DNA of 53,849 nucleotides, counting the filler, from Jimgerdemannia flammicorona (taxonomy: Eukaryota): assembly GCA_003990765.1 (NCBI GenBank). It is 3 parts of 3 records of this genome, joined end to end, with 100 filler letters (N's around TTAATTAATTAA, not from the genome) between each part and the next. Parts side by side here need not be neighbours in the genome. Positions count along the whole stretch, not along the records: positions 17,990 to 35,870 come from RBNJ01002375.1; positions 35,971 to 53,849 come from RBNJ01002376.1; 1 more part is not named here. One strand, written 5' to 3'. Positions 24,301 through 37,148 of the stretch are shown piece after piece (position 1 is the first letter of the stretch; each line of letters starts with the position of its first letter). The translations under genes were made by a program, and so were the position numbers. The notes beneath the pieces are model-generated. The model had not been told where the DNA came from. It worked only from the letters and a program-made list of their open reading frames with translations, and searched no databases.

Positions 24301-25658
24301 CCACCCACGCTGTCCTTCTCCTTGGCCCCCGCAGCCGTGCCGCGCTTTGGAACCGAGAACGATGACGTTTTCTTCTTCTTGGCCAGCTTGGCCGACTTCT
24401 GTGCTGACTCATGTGTTAGTTCCTCTTCGCCCAGTATCCTCTGCGCGACTTTCCGCACCGCCGAGGTATTTTCGCACATCTTCCTCGCGTACGACAGAAT
24501 CTCCTTCGCCTTATCAACACTGTCTTCTGCGAGCAACCATTCCACTAGAGTATCGTATGTGGCGCAGGTGAAAGGGTCGAGGATGAGGGCGCGGTAGATG
24601 TCGATCAGCGCGCGAAAGGTGTTGATCCCGTGCCTTGTGGCGCGAGCCACCCAGCGGTTCGGATCGCGTGGGCAGGCCTTAATGTTATTAGTTAGGGCCT
24701 CGACGGTGCGGGCCACGATGATTTTGAAGTCGGGAATGGGTATAACGCCTGCTTTGACGTCGTCAGACCGGGCGGCCTTATCGATGTAATCCATGACGCA
24801 GACGGTTAGGGCGGCGGAGAGAGGTAGGGTGATCCGCTTGGCGTCGACGAGGTGGTTGACGGTGTCGCGGACGGAGGGGGGCGTCCTAATGTGGTCGTCT
24901 AGCAGCATCAAGACTTCGTCAAGGTTGTCCAGCTCCTTGCAATTTTCCAGAAAGTCCATGAAGTCGGACATATAGTTGGGGCAGTTGACAATCATGTCGC
25001 CAACGATCATAAACCAGGCGTGGATGGAATCAAGAAGTTCGAAGTGGCTTCGATCGATCAAAGATTCGTCGTCGATAGAGATGATGCCTGCAGTTTTGCT
25101 CCACTCGACAAATTTCGGATCGTTATCCCAGCGGAGAGTTTTGGTGGCCTTTGGGTTAAGTCCTTTGAGATTGAAAGCCAACGGTCGGAGAATGTCCTGC
25201 TCGAGGTTGACAAGGTACTTGCGGCGCCATCTAGGTTCATTGATTGACCAGAATATTTCGGCAGGATGCTTTGAATAATCCTCCTCCTCCTCCTCCTCCT
25301 CCTCCTCCTCCTCCCCCTCCTCTTCCACCCTCTCCTCCTCCTCCGCCTCTTCTTGATCAGAGATATTTTCAGAGCTGTCGTCAGCTGGAACAACAAACGA
25401 TGAAATTAGCCAGACACCCCATTTACATGTTCGTTCACACGTGGCACACTTACCCGGATCACTGAGCACGTCGTCGCGCTGGTTGCCCAAATCGTCGCTG
25501 TCGCTATCGCCCTGTAGTGGAGGCAAGTCGTCGCTGTCGCTATCCCCCTGCAGTGGAGGCAAGTCGTCGCTGTCGCTATCACCCTGTAGTGGAGGCAAGT
25601 CGTCGCTATCGTCGCTGGACTCTGTGGGGTTGTTGTTGTTCCGTTTGATATCGTTCAT
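21331..25658 (-). CDS. TTC3/DZIP3-domain, TPR-like protein with a C-terminal UIM (~1330 aa, 4 exons)
   Basis: Exons 25658-25454, 25384-23933, 23787-23139 and 23011-21331 join in frame through GT-AG introns. The spliced product FKWPESSDIIPESDP...HPPPPDAVC..C...IEC..C.LEYHKGCYRKL...CPTPDCNGLI follows the animal TTC3 pattern as recalled. TPR-like helices precede it. UIM-like EEEQMQKAIQASLDD at ~22036-22080. Confidence 0.8.
25490..25615 (-). repeat. 36-bp coding tandem repeat (SDDLPPLQGDSD x3)
   Basis: Visible directly in the DNA and the translation. Confidence 0.9.
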
Positions 25659-25895
25659 TCTTGGTTGAAGTAAAGCACGTCGCGGTGCACTCGATCTTGT
25701 TTGCAACAAAACCAGACAAAGTGAACATGTGACATCATCAGTGGCTTGGTTGAATGTTTTCGTTATATGTAGACAGTTTTCGCCCGCAACACTGAAAAGG
25801 GAGGCAAAACAAGACCGACGTGGTAAGTGAACACGGAATATTTTATTGATGGAGTACTGCTGCAGCAAATTTTCACCTCTTTACCACTTTACACC

Positions 25896-26260
25896 ATGAA
25901 AGGAACGCATTATTTCCACACGACTGATCCGTATGAGTGGGCACTCATTGAATTTCTGAAGTGGAGGTCTCAGTTCCCAGACTTTTCAAGTAGGGAATAT
26001 GAGCATGGCGTTTTTCTTCACCACGTCAAAAAAGCTGTCAAGGGTGGTGGAATCAAAAGCAGAGTGGCACAGCGAATGTGGGATAAATGAAAGGTCTAAG
26101 TCTCTTTATTTTTATTTATTCATTAAACCAATTGGCAGACCAAGAATATCTGTTTTTGGTAGGATTTAATCAGTGCTACAACACACTGGTAGACCTAGAG
26201 TTTCACCAGTATTGAATCTAGAGCTTTGTCACAGTTTGCTAGTTAATATTATAGTATATC
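25896..26260 (+). pseudogene. Possible decayed gene start, divergent from the TTC3-like gene
   Basis: MKGTHYFHTTDPYEWALIEFLKWRSQFPDFSSREYEH looks protein-like. It ends at TGA (possibly from TGG) just before a candidate intron at 26094-26138, then becomes stop-ridden and AT-rich. Confidence 0.35.
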
Positions 26261-26844
26261 ATTGATAGATTAAGAACTATTATCTTTTAGGTTATAATGT
26301 AGATATATATATCTACAAAATTACAATACTTAAATATTTTAGTTAATATTAACATTTATGAGACAAGCTTTAAAAATTGTTTTGCTTGCTATAATAATTG
26401 TATACTATATTTATATATATTTATTAAAGACTCAAATAATATAGCTTTTAAATAATAGTATATAGTTATATATATCTATATATTTGTCTGCAAAAATATA
26501 TATATAAAGATCTCAAAGACTGTAGAATAATAATGAACTATAAGATAACAATAGACTGCAGAATAATAATGAACTGTAAGATAACAATAGACTACAGGAT
26601 GATAATGAATGGTAGAAAAGAATGGTAGAAAAGAATGGTAGGAAAGAATAGCAGAAAAGAACTATAGAATAATATATATCAGACCACAGAATAATATATA
26701 ACTATAGAACAATAATAGACTATAGTAAGAACTATAAAATGATAAAGAGATGAGAACTATAGAATGATGGTCAATATTAGACCATATGATAGATAGCTAG
26801 ACCTGCTATTCACTGCTCTCTGCTCACTTATACTATATATTATA

Positions 26845-27010
26845 TACTACTTACTACTCACTACTTACTGCTTACTACTTACTGCTTACTACTTACTGCT
26901 TACTACTTACTACTCACCACTCACTACTCACTACTTACTGCTTACTACTTACTACTTACTGCTTACTACTTACTGCTTACTACTCACTACTCACTACTCA
27001 CTACTAGCCA
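26845..27010. repeat. Heptamer microsatellite (CTTACTA/CTTACTG/CTCACTA)n
   Basis: About 20 imperfect 7-bp units. Confidence 0.85.
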
Positions 27011-28445
27011 CTATCACTCATTTCTAGTCCAGATATATATAGAAGCAGAACAATAAGAAGTAGTCATTATCTGAGAAATATTAGATCTTTTATAATATCT
27101 TTGTATTATACTGAAACCTATTGAGGCCTAAAATGAACCTGTTGATGAATAACTCACTAGTATATATATGTATATATAACCTAGATTATCTAAAATTCTA
27201 TCTGAAATTTCATATACATAACCTATAAGCTATAAGACTAATAAGGAATAAAGAACTATAGGATAAGAAGATGAGGGAGCAAGATAATGAGAGGCCCAGA
27301 GATAGACTGCAGATAGATATTAGATAGTAGACTATAAGATAAATAATAAATAGTAGGCTATAGGATACTATTAACATATATATAACAACTAAGTCAAAAC
27401 TGCATACTATAATATAAATATACTATATGTTCTATCAATTTGTAGCATTTGTATAAAGTTAGAATATTCTTAAAAAACTAAATATCAGAGGACCTCATAA
27501 AGCTTCTGAGTCTAGTCAGAGGATAACTGATCTCTATTACTATAATTACTCTTAATACATGCAGGTACAGGGGGCTGGTATATGTGGGCAGCATATGTAG
27601 GCAGTGCATATGAGTAGTGTATATATGTAAGTACATAACCTCCAAGTCACCAAAATCGCATGGCATCCTCAGAACTAATTTAGAAACCACATGCGAGACT
27701 ACAAAACAAGAAATCATCTAATTATACGAAATATACCAGCAAGTACGAGAACCCACTGCCAAGATATAAGAATACTAGAAGAAGTACTATAACCATAAGA
27801 CTGACTCTGAACTGCTATAATTAGTTTAGTGTACTGTACTATTACAAAAGGAAACCGAAAGTACCAAATTCAAATTGAGACAAGAAGAACCCTATCTCAT
27901 CTACCAAAAGGTTCATGAACTGTACTTATCAACTCAAGACCAAGGTACACTATGACTATACAAGACCTCATTACTTAGCAAAAGCAAAACACATTTGAAC
28001 AACTCTGTTCACTCTATCTGTGTCACCTCCGTTGGAGAGTGACAGATACTTCATCTGAACTCAAGAAAGCCGACAACATCGAAACCAATCTCAAGTCATC
28101 CATGTGACAGATATTACTACTAGAAATTGCCTCGGATTACAGAAAATATCATTTCTGAGAGGTTTGAACCCCCAGCCACAACATTGGGAGCCCTCGCCCT
28201 AGACGAGAATGGCCAGTCCTCGCAAATGTACCAGTAGACCAAAAAAAAAGAGAACCAAGACCTGTTATCCTTATACAACTACCACCACCAAAGACAGTCT
28301 TAATCTTACAAGAGATAGAAGTGACGATATCTTGAAACTAATGATGTCAGAAGTTAGAAAACTGTTCAGACTTTACCAGTGATGATGTCATCAATAGTGA
28401 TGTTATCAAAGACTACTCAGACAGTACCTAAACCTATAAATAGCC

Positions 28446-29612
28446 AGGCTCCTTTCTCTGCTATCTTACCAGTCACAAGGTTTGATAGGCGACCTTCCGA
28501 GTCCCCTTTCCTCTATTATTACCCTCTCTACCTTGGGTTGGTTTGCTGTGCCTGCAGAGGCATGGTGGGAGGAGGGCAATGGTGATGAGTTGCCCCTTTA
28601 TTGGTATCAGATTGGTGCTTCCTCTACTTTTTCATGGATTCTGGTGCCTTTGGCTGTATCTGGGGTATACCCATTTTGGTGTAGCACCTTCTTCCTTTTG
28701 CCATCGCTAACAAGGAGTTGTCTCGGTGTATCTCGGGCTATGTAGGGAGTTGGCTGACCTTGGGTGTCAAGTACTCAGTGTAGGTTACCTGTAGGTCCTC
28801 AGTACCTGTGGTGGGGCCCTCTGGCTTTGGCGAGCTTCCCGGCGAGCATAGTTCTGGCATAGGTGACTGTTTTTCGGGTGTTGTCGGGATGGGAGAGAAG
28901 ATGGCTGTCACAGATAGGAGGAAGGGTGATAACGGTGAACCAGTAGGGTACCAGGCTGGGGGCAGTCATCAGAGCTGGGGCAGGTGCTGCTTTGGTGAGA
29001 CCTTTTGATTGGTGCAGCACAGTTAGGTGGTAGGGTCACTATTGGCTTCCTTTGGCAGTCAGTGGAGTTGGGCCCCAGTCGTCAGGGGGGGTCAGGAGGC
29101 CTGAGGCTACCCATTTCAGGTGTCTTGGCTACACTCAACTAGAACCAAGAGCTGATATGGCAATGTGATCGAGGCCTGCAGACTTAAGTAGTAGGGTATT
29201 GGGAGTTTCCTCCCACCTTACATGTAAGTTCTTTACTCACTTCAACTGGGAGAACCAGGCTCTACCCACCGTATTGTACTTTGATGAGGGTTTTTTCTTT
29301 GCCTGTCATTCTCTTTAGGGTGGCAGAGGCTATTCTATTCGGCTCAGGCATGGCCTTGTACATATGTTGGGTTCTCAGGTGTGTGCTTTCAGTCGTTGGC
29401 ATATGGTTGGATTTCTCCTGGTGGTAGGGAGAGCATGGTGTACAGAATGAGGTGTGGGCCTACATCGGTCCTATTGTACCTGGCATGGTCAAGCTGCTGG
29501 ACAATAGCTAGCCTAGGTTAATGAGAGGACAGTGCTTGGTGGGTGGTGGGGGAGGGTTTTGGCCTATATAGTCTAGGTTCTCTTCCAATAAAAATCTGCA
29601 AGACATGAGTCC

Positions 29613-29658
<46 letters not shown>
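28446..29658 (+). mobile_element. ~1.2-kb poly(A)-tailed non-autonomous retroposon, copy 1, inserted in the A2 5' LTR
   Basis: Absent from the 3' LTR. TSD AAACCTATAAATAGC at 28430-28444 and 29656-29670. AATAAA at 29587; poly(A) at 29616-29658. Confidence 0.9.
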
Positions 29659-29661
<3 letters not shown>

Positions 29662-32600
29662 ATAAATAGCTTAGCAGTCATAGTATAGTTAGATTAGTCT
29701 TATACAATATGACTGTGAACTGACTCAGCAGTCAGATGATCTCTTGACATGTCAGATCACACTTATACTATGTGACTATATTCTGACTCAGCAAGGTACT
29801 TAGTACTACATCCATATCTAGTATAGTCTAGATAGCTCCTCACTAGTATAAATACCCCCTCCCCCAGACCTCAGAATCTCAGACTCGAACACACAAGAAT
29901 ATTCCTGAATACTTCCCCACAATATCCCTTCACACAACTACTCCTAGCATAGTAATATCATAAATAGCGAATAAACCTATTTAATAACCCACAAACCACT
30001 CTTAAGTAAATTCACTCCCTATTAGGTCTCACTCCTAACTCCATCATGAAATTTCCTAATTGGGTATTGTCTGCAGTGATATGCTGATTCAACTAAGCTG
30101 GTCTTAGTTTCTTGAACTTCCTGAAATATGGAAAATCCTGAATATCCAGAACTAGTCCGAAAAAGGACTTTAGTTGAGACATCAACCTGATCTTGAAATC
30201 AATAAGTGTAGAGGATGTACTACATATGAAATTGATCTTGACCATAAGAAAACAGTCTTCCAGAATATCCAGAACTTCCAGAAAACCCTTCCAGAACTAT
30301 GTAACGGTTACTCTAAAAAGCAACCCTCTTATAACTTGGTAGCAGCAGTTCCCAATCCAATTCCGCTTCAAGATGCTTCCTCACTCTGCTACAAACCCTT
30401 CTGAGAATTCCTACAAGTTGGTATAAAGCCCAACCTCTGAACTGGAATTTATCCTGAACCATCTGACAATCTAGAGAGAATTGAACCTGACGTATAAGGA
30501 CAATTTGACCTCCACACCTGCAACAAGTGGGACAAACTTCACTCTAAGAAAGAAGTACTCCAATTAAACCAGCAAATAGGTGAAACTCTATTCACCGAAC
30601 TCCTTGCACTACACCCAGTAAGTCAAGATGAAGAAGGTCTTATAGAAGCCTTCTTTACTCTTCTTAACAAGAGTTTTGTCAGCTCCACAAATCTGAGTGA
30701 CCTAGGACAACCAGCAGCAGTCTTTCTAGCCTTAGTTCCTCATAAAGCCCAAGCCTCTGTAGCCAAGTGGCTTAACTCTACTGACTTTCACTATACCAGG
30801 ACCAAGACCGCGTTATACTACCAATTTCAGAACAGCAAGGCCTGCCATATTCTTAAAGAAGAAGCAAGAGAAACCCTTCATCAACTACCTGACCCCGAAC
30901 CAGAAGCAGGCCCTGCTGCAGCCCTACCTGAATCTGTAACCAACACCGAACCAGAACTTGACTTTGAATTAAGTCTATCCAAAATCAGATATACAACTGA
31001 TTCTATCTATTTTGACACCAAGCAAACCCAATTACATGAGGACCAAACTAAAGAGGAGGAGAAGTATCTCAGTGAATTCGATCCCAGATATACCACCAAA
31101 GGAGATGTACCTCCATCAGGACAGAACATACCTACACAGCAATAAACAGCTATCTATCAAGCACTCACTCCAGACCCACAACTATTACTCCAGCAACTTA
31201 CACAGACTCAAAGAACATCCTCACACTCTGCACCAGTACCTCAAGTAGTACCAGTAACACCACTACCAGCAGTCTAACCACCTCCAGTAAACAACATAGC
31301 AAACCAACAGATTCTAGACCTCACAGCCCAGGTAGCAATAATGGCAGCAACCATTACTGCCTTAGCTGAACAGACCCAACCTATCAAAAATCTGAGCCTA
31401 CCTACCTTCAATGGTACTGCACAAGAAGTCCAAAGCTTTATTAGTGTAGTTGACACCAACTTTGAAGCCAATCAATGGACCAATGAGCGAGTTACTGATC
31501 GCGTTCTGACAAACAATCAAGACCACACTCTGGAACAACTCTTTGCTACCACTACAGTCTATGTCCGCTGAGTTGTTACATTCTTCCGAGGACCCGCCAA
31601 AGAATGGTGGTGAACTCTTTCTGAAAAACCCCTCACATAGGACACCTGACCCACAGTAGTTGCTCAGAATGCAGCAAACAATGCCCCAGGATATGGAGCC
31701 CATCCCGCAGCCCCTGGACTCAAATAACTCATAATTGCTCAATACCACAGTGAAACCATGATCGCTGAATCCCAAGTAAAACTCTGCAATCTCAAATTCG
31801 ATATATATGGCAAAGAAGAATTTGAAACCTTCTGTACAAAACTCGAGTCACTCCTGAATACAGTTGGCCTAGGATATATTGCCAATAATGAAGCATGAAA
31901 TGGTACAAGAGCAGATCATTTATTTGATGCCCTACCTGAATGGCTTACTAGAAAAATCTGAGAACAAGGCCGCCCAGTTGGTTGCGATCACCAACAATGG
32001 TGCCTGGCAAGAATCAAGACTATGGTCAAGCAAATCCTAACAGCTGGACCAATTTTGCCCTGAAGACAATTCAATAACAAGAAAAAGACTTGGACCAAGA
32101 AAGAAGAACCCAAGCATGAAACATCCTGAGCTCCCTCCACATCTACCTCATGGACACCCAGAAATCATGAACTCACCCAGCCAAGTACCTTCAAGAAACT
32201 CACTGAAGGAGAAAGAAATGAACTTTGAAGAAGCAGAGTATGCTTCTATTGCCGAAAGACAGGACACATGGCCAGTGCCTGCCCCAACTGAAAACCCTGA
32301 ACAACACCACGAGCAACTGTTACCACTCTGTACCACCTCAACAACCTGACCACCAGAACACTAGACTTTATCAAGTTAAGACAAACTGCTAAGGCCCCAA
32401 TCAAAGGAAGTCAAAAAGCAGCTGGATATGACCTGTATACAGCCAAAGAAGCTACAGTCTCCAATCGAGAAGTCAAGCAAGTCTATATAGAAATCAGCAT
32501 CCAAATTTCTGAAGAACATGTTGGAAGAATATGCTATCACAGCAGCCTAACATTAAAAGAACTCTCAATAGAAGGAGGAGTCATTGATGAGGATTATATA

Positions 32601-33833
32601 GGCGAAATTATAGTCCTCATCTGAAACCACAGTTGGATACCCTTCAAGATCTCCATAGGTTTCTGCATCACTCAGATCCTATTCGAGAAAATCGAGTCAA
32701 CCCTGATAGTCAAGGAAGTCCCTGAACTACTGCCCACCATCCAAGGATCCAAAGGATTTGGTTCATCAAACAAAGCCCCAGCCCAATCTACTGTGAACAA
32801 AGAAGAACAATTCTATAAGAAAATTGAAGATGGATATGTACCAAGTGGCCAATGCCCCCATGGCATTGGAATGTACTCTTCCCAAATGATCGACAATTGC
32901 TTCTCTTGTGTCAACGAATTAGCTCAAAGAAGAACCAACAGAAGGAAAGCTCCTACAACTGAAATCACCACCATTGGATCAGACAAACTACTTACACTTA
33001 AAGCTTTTGTCAACCGAGCACTTGTCAAGATTATGATAGACAGTGGTGCCTCAGGCAACTTCATCAATGAAGAAACAGCCAATAGACTCAAGGTCTTCAC
33101 CTCTCCAGTACAACAAACTCAAGCAGTTGCCACAGCTGATGGAACCTCACATGTCATCAGCAAGGAAGTCCACAATCTATCCTTCTGAATTGGAGACTAT
33201 CAAGTACATGTTATCCTCTAAATTGTACCACTTCCTGACAATGAAATCATCCTTGGGACTCCATGGTTAAAACAAGAGAACCCTATGATTGATTGGGTAA
33301 ACCATTCTCTAACCATCAAGAAAGAATGCCACAACTTCAAACTGTAAGGTGAAAAGGACCCACTTAGTTCTAGTGACCCTGGACCAAAGATCACTCACAT
33401 CAACAAGCTACAACTTAAGAAATTAGCCAAGAAATGCTCTCTCTTTGCTATCTCCATTCATCTATCCAAAGAAGAACCCAAGAACTCTAAAGAAGACTTT
33501 TCTAAAGTTGACAGCCATGTCAGATTACTACTCCAGAAGGTCCGAGATACATTTCTGAACCAAACCACAAAACCACCTGCACCTGTCATTATTAATGACC
33601 AAGAAGAATACAAAGTTGAACAAATCCTCAACAAACATAGACACAAGAATCATCCAAATGGTACAACAACACCAGAACAAATTAGAAGGCCCTGATGAGG
33701 ACATTGAAAGCTAAGAAGGAGAGAGTTGTAAGCACACAACCTCCAAGCCACCAAAATCACATGGTATCCTCAGAACTAATTTGGAAACCACATGTGAGAC
33801 TACAAAACAAGAGATCATCTGGTTACATGAAAT

Positions 33834-34532
33834 ATGCCAGCAAGTATGAGAACCCACCGCCAAGATACAAGAATACTAGAAGAAGTACTACAACCATAAG
33901 ACTGACTCTGAACTGCTATAACTAGTTTGGTGTACTGTACTATTACAAAAGGAAACCGAAAGTACCAAACTCAAATTGAGACAAGAAGAACCCTATCTCA
34001 TCTACCAAAAGGTTCATGAACTGTACTTATCAACTCAAGACCAAGGTACACTGCAACTATACAAGACCTCATTACTTAGTAGAAGCAAAATACATTTGAA
34101 CAACTCTGTTCGCTCTATCTATATCACCTCTATTGGAGAGTGACAGACACTTCATCTGAACTCAAGAAAGCCAACAACATCGAAACCAATCTCAAGCCAT
34201 CTATGTGACAGATATTACTACTAGAAATTGCCTCGGATTACAGAAAATATCATTTTCGAGAGGTTTGAACCCCCAGCCACAACATTGAGAGCCCTTGTCC
34301 TAGATGAGAATGGCCAGTCCTTGCAAATGCACCAGCAGATCAAAAAAAAAGAGAACCAAGACCTGTTATCCTTATACAACCACCACCACTAAAGACAGCC
34401 TTAATCTTGTAAGAGATAGAAGTAATGACATCTTGAAACTGATGATATCAGAAGTCAGAAAACTGTTCAGACTTTGCCAGTGATGATGTCATCAATAGTG
34501 ATGTCATCAAAGACTACCCAGACCGTACCTAA
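33834..34532 (+). pseudogene. ~232-aa unknown ORF in the A2 LTR U3 (cargo ORF A2; second copy 27733-28431)
   Basis: 233 codons in one frame from ATG to TAA, with stops explicable by single transitions. One TGA of the 5' LTR copy is CGA here. Ends DDVINSDVIKDYPDRT* at the same stop position as the A1 cargo. Confidence 0.55.
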
Positions 34533-35285
34533 ACCTATAAATAGCTTAGCAGTCATAGTATAGTTAGATTAGCCTTATACAATATGACTGTGAACTGACT
34601 CAGCAGTCAGATAATCTCTTGACATATCAGATCACACTTGTACTACATGACTACATTCCGACTCAGCAAGGCACTTAGTACTACATCCATATCTAGTATA
34701 GTCCAGATAGTCCCTCACTAGTATAAATACCCCCTCCCCCAGACCTCTGAATCTCAGACTCGAACATACAAGAACATTTCTGAATACTTCTCCACAATAT
34801 CTCTTCACACAACTACTCCTAGTATAGTAATATCATGAATAGCGAATAAATCTATTTAATAACCCACAAACCACTCTTAAGTAAATCCACTCCCCGTTAG
34901 GTCCCACTCCTAACCCCATTACGAAATTTCCTAATTGGGTATTGTCTGCAGCGATATACCGATTCAACTAAGCTGGTCTTAGTTTCTTGAACTTTCTGAA
35001 ATACGGAAAATCCTGAACATCCAGAACTAGTCCGAAAAAGAACTTTGGTTGAGACGTTAACCCGATCTTGAAATCAATAAGTATAGAGAATGTACTCTAT
35101 ATGAAATTGATCTTAACTATAAGAAAACAGTCTTCTAGAATATCCAGAACTTCCAGAAAACCCTTTCAGAACTATGTAACAGTTACCCTAAAAAGCAATC
35201 CTCTTACAGTATGGGTAGTACATATAGATAGTATATATAAATAGTATATATATAGAGATATAGTATATATGGTCATATGAGCACC

Positions 35286-35870
35286 GCTCCTTTCTCTGCT
35301 ACCTTACCTGTCACAAGGTTTGGTAGGCGACCTTCCGAGTCCCCTTTCTCCTATTATTACCCCCTCTACCTCGGGTTGGTTTGCTGTGCCTGCATGGGTA
35401 TGGTGGGAGGAGGGCAATGGTGATGAGTTGCCCCTTTATCGGTGTCAGATCGGTGTCTTCTCCACTTTTTCGCGGTTTCTGGTGTCTTCGGCTGCGTCTA
35501 GAGTGCATCCGTTTTGGTGCGGCACCTTCTTCCTTTTGCTGTCGTCAACAAGGTGCTGTCTCGGTGTATCTCGGGCTACGTAGGGAGTCGGCCGACCTTG
35601 GGCGTCAAGTGCTCAGTGTAGGTTACCTGCAGGTCCTTGGTGCCTGTGGTGGGGCCCTCTGGCTTTGGCGAGCTTCCCGGCGAGCGCGGTTCTGACGTAG
35701 GTGACTGCTTTTCGGTGATGTCGGGATGGGAGGGGAGATGGCCGTCACAGATAGGAGGAAGGGCGATTACGGTGAACCAGTGGGGTGCCAGGCTGGGGGC
35801 GGTCATCGGGGTTAGGGCGGACAATATTTCGGTGGGGCCTTTCGATTGGCTGGTGGGGGGTGGGGTGGTG
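35286..35870 (+). mobile_element. Retroposon copy 2 (CpG-rich, least decayed; cut by the gap)
   Basis: Colinear with ~28448-29020 and has the same 5' start. Confidence 0.88.
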
Positions 35871-35970
35871 NNNNNNNNNNNNNNNNNNNNNNNNNNNNNN
35901 NNNNNNNNNNNNNNTTAATTAATTAANNNNNNNNNNNNNNNNNNNNNNNNNNNNNNNNNNNNNNNNNNNN
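35871..35970. other. Artificial contig spacer
   Basis: N-TTAATTAATTAA(35915-35926)-N. Confidence 0.97.
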
Positions 35971-37148
35971 TTTTTAACAGAATCAATATCCCACAGATTT
36001 TTATTGGAAGGAAACCTAGACTATATAGGCCAAAACCCTCTCCCACCACTCATCAAGCACTGCTCCTCTATTAATCTAAACTAGTTATTATCTAATATAT
36101 AGCTCAACTATACTAGACATAGGACCTATATTGGTCTGCATCTCATTCTGCACACCATGCTCTCCCTACCACCAGGGGGAACCCAGCCATATGCCAATAA
36201 CTGAAAGTACATATCTGAGATCTCAATATATGTACAAGGCTATACCTGAGCTAAATAGAATAGCTCCTACTATCTCAAAGAGAATGATAGATAAAGAAAA
36301 ACTCTCATCAAAGTATATTAAAGTAGGTAGAGCCTAGTTCTCTCAGTCGAGATGAGTAAAGGACTTACACATGAGGTGGGAGGAGACCCCCAATACCTCA
36401 TTACTCAAGCCTGCAGGCCTTAATCACATTGCTATATCAGTTCTTAGTTCTAGTTAAGTGTAGCTAAGATGTCTGAAATGAGTAGCTTTGGGCTCTCCAA
36501 CTCCCCCCCAATGACTGGGGCCCAACCTGCTGAATTGTCAAAAGAAGCTGAGAGTGATATCTACTACTTAACCACTCTACACCAATCAAAAGGACCTACC
36601 GAAGCAGTATCTGCTCTAGCTTCAATGACCACTCCCAGCCTAGCACTCTACTGGTTCAATGTTGTTACTCTTCCTCCTATCTATAATGGCCATCTCTCCT
36701 TCCATCCTGACAATATCTAAAAAGCATTCACCTATACTAGAACCATGCTCACTAGGAAGCTTGCCAAAGCCAGAGAGCCCTACCACAGATACTGAGAATC
36801 TACAGATAACCTACACTAAGCACTTGATGCCTAAGGTCAGCTAACTCTCTACATAGCCTGTAATATACTAAGACAGCACCTTGTTGGTGACAGCAAAAGA
36901 AAGAAGGCACTGTACCAAAATAGATATATTTCAGATACAGCTAAATACACCAGAAACCACAAAAAAGTAGAGAAGACACCAATCTGATACCAATAAAGGG
37001 GCAACTCATTACCATTACCTCTCTCCCACTGCTCTGCAACAGATACAGCAAACTAACCTGAGATAGAGGGAGTAATAATTGTGGAAAGTGAACTCAGAAG
37101 GTTGCCTACCAAACTATTATAACTAGTAAGATAGTAGAGAAAGAGGGT
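35971..37148 (-). mobile_element. Retroposon copy 3 (most decayed)
   Basis: Reverse complement of the full unit. TTTATT near 36000 and a T-run at the gap edge. Confidence 0.88.

Larger units (their letters stand above)
27626..35208 (+). mobile_element. Internally deleted Ty3/Gypsy family A variant A2 (5' LTR 27626-30333 with insertion, PBS 30337, 3' LTR 33727-35208)
   Basis: TGTAAG...CTTACA termini. PPT AAGAAGGAGAGAG at 33713-33725. Gag-dUTPase-PR colinear with A1; RT, RH and IN missing from ~33538; partial chromodomain EEYKVEQILNKH. Flanks ATATA and GTATG differ by two G/A transitions (probable decayed TSD). Confidence 0.9.

Noticed and set aside
33690..33712. Hammerhead-like CTGATGA...GAAA
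   Set aside because: No proper stems; it is the coding end of pol (PDEDIES*) just before the PPT.
36131..36844. Antisense ORFs recurring in retroposon copies
   Set aside because: Short, broken and motif-free; recurrence follows from the copies being homologous.
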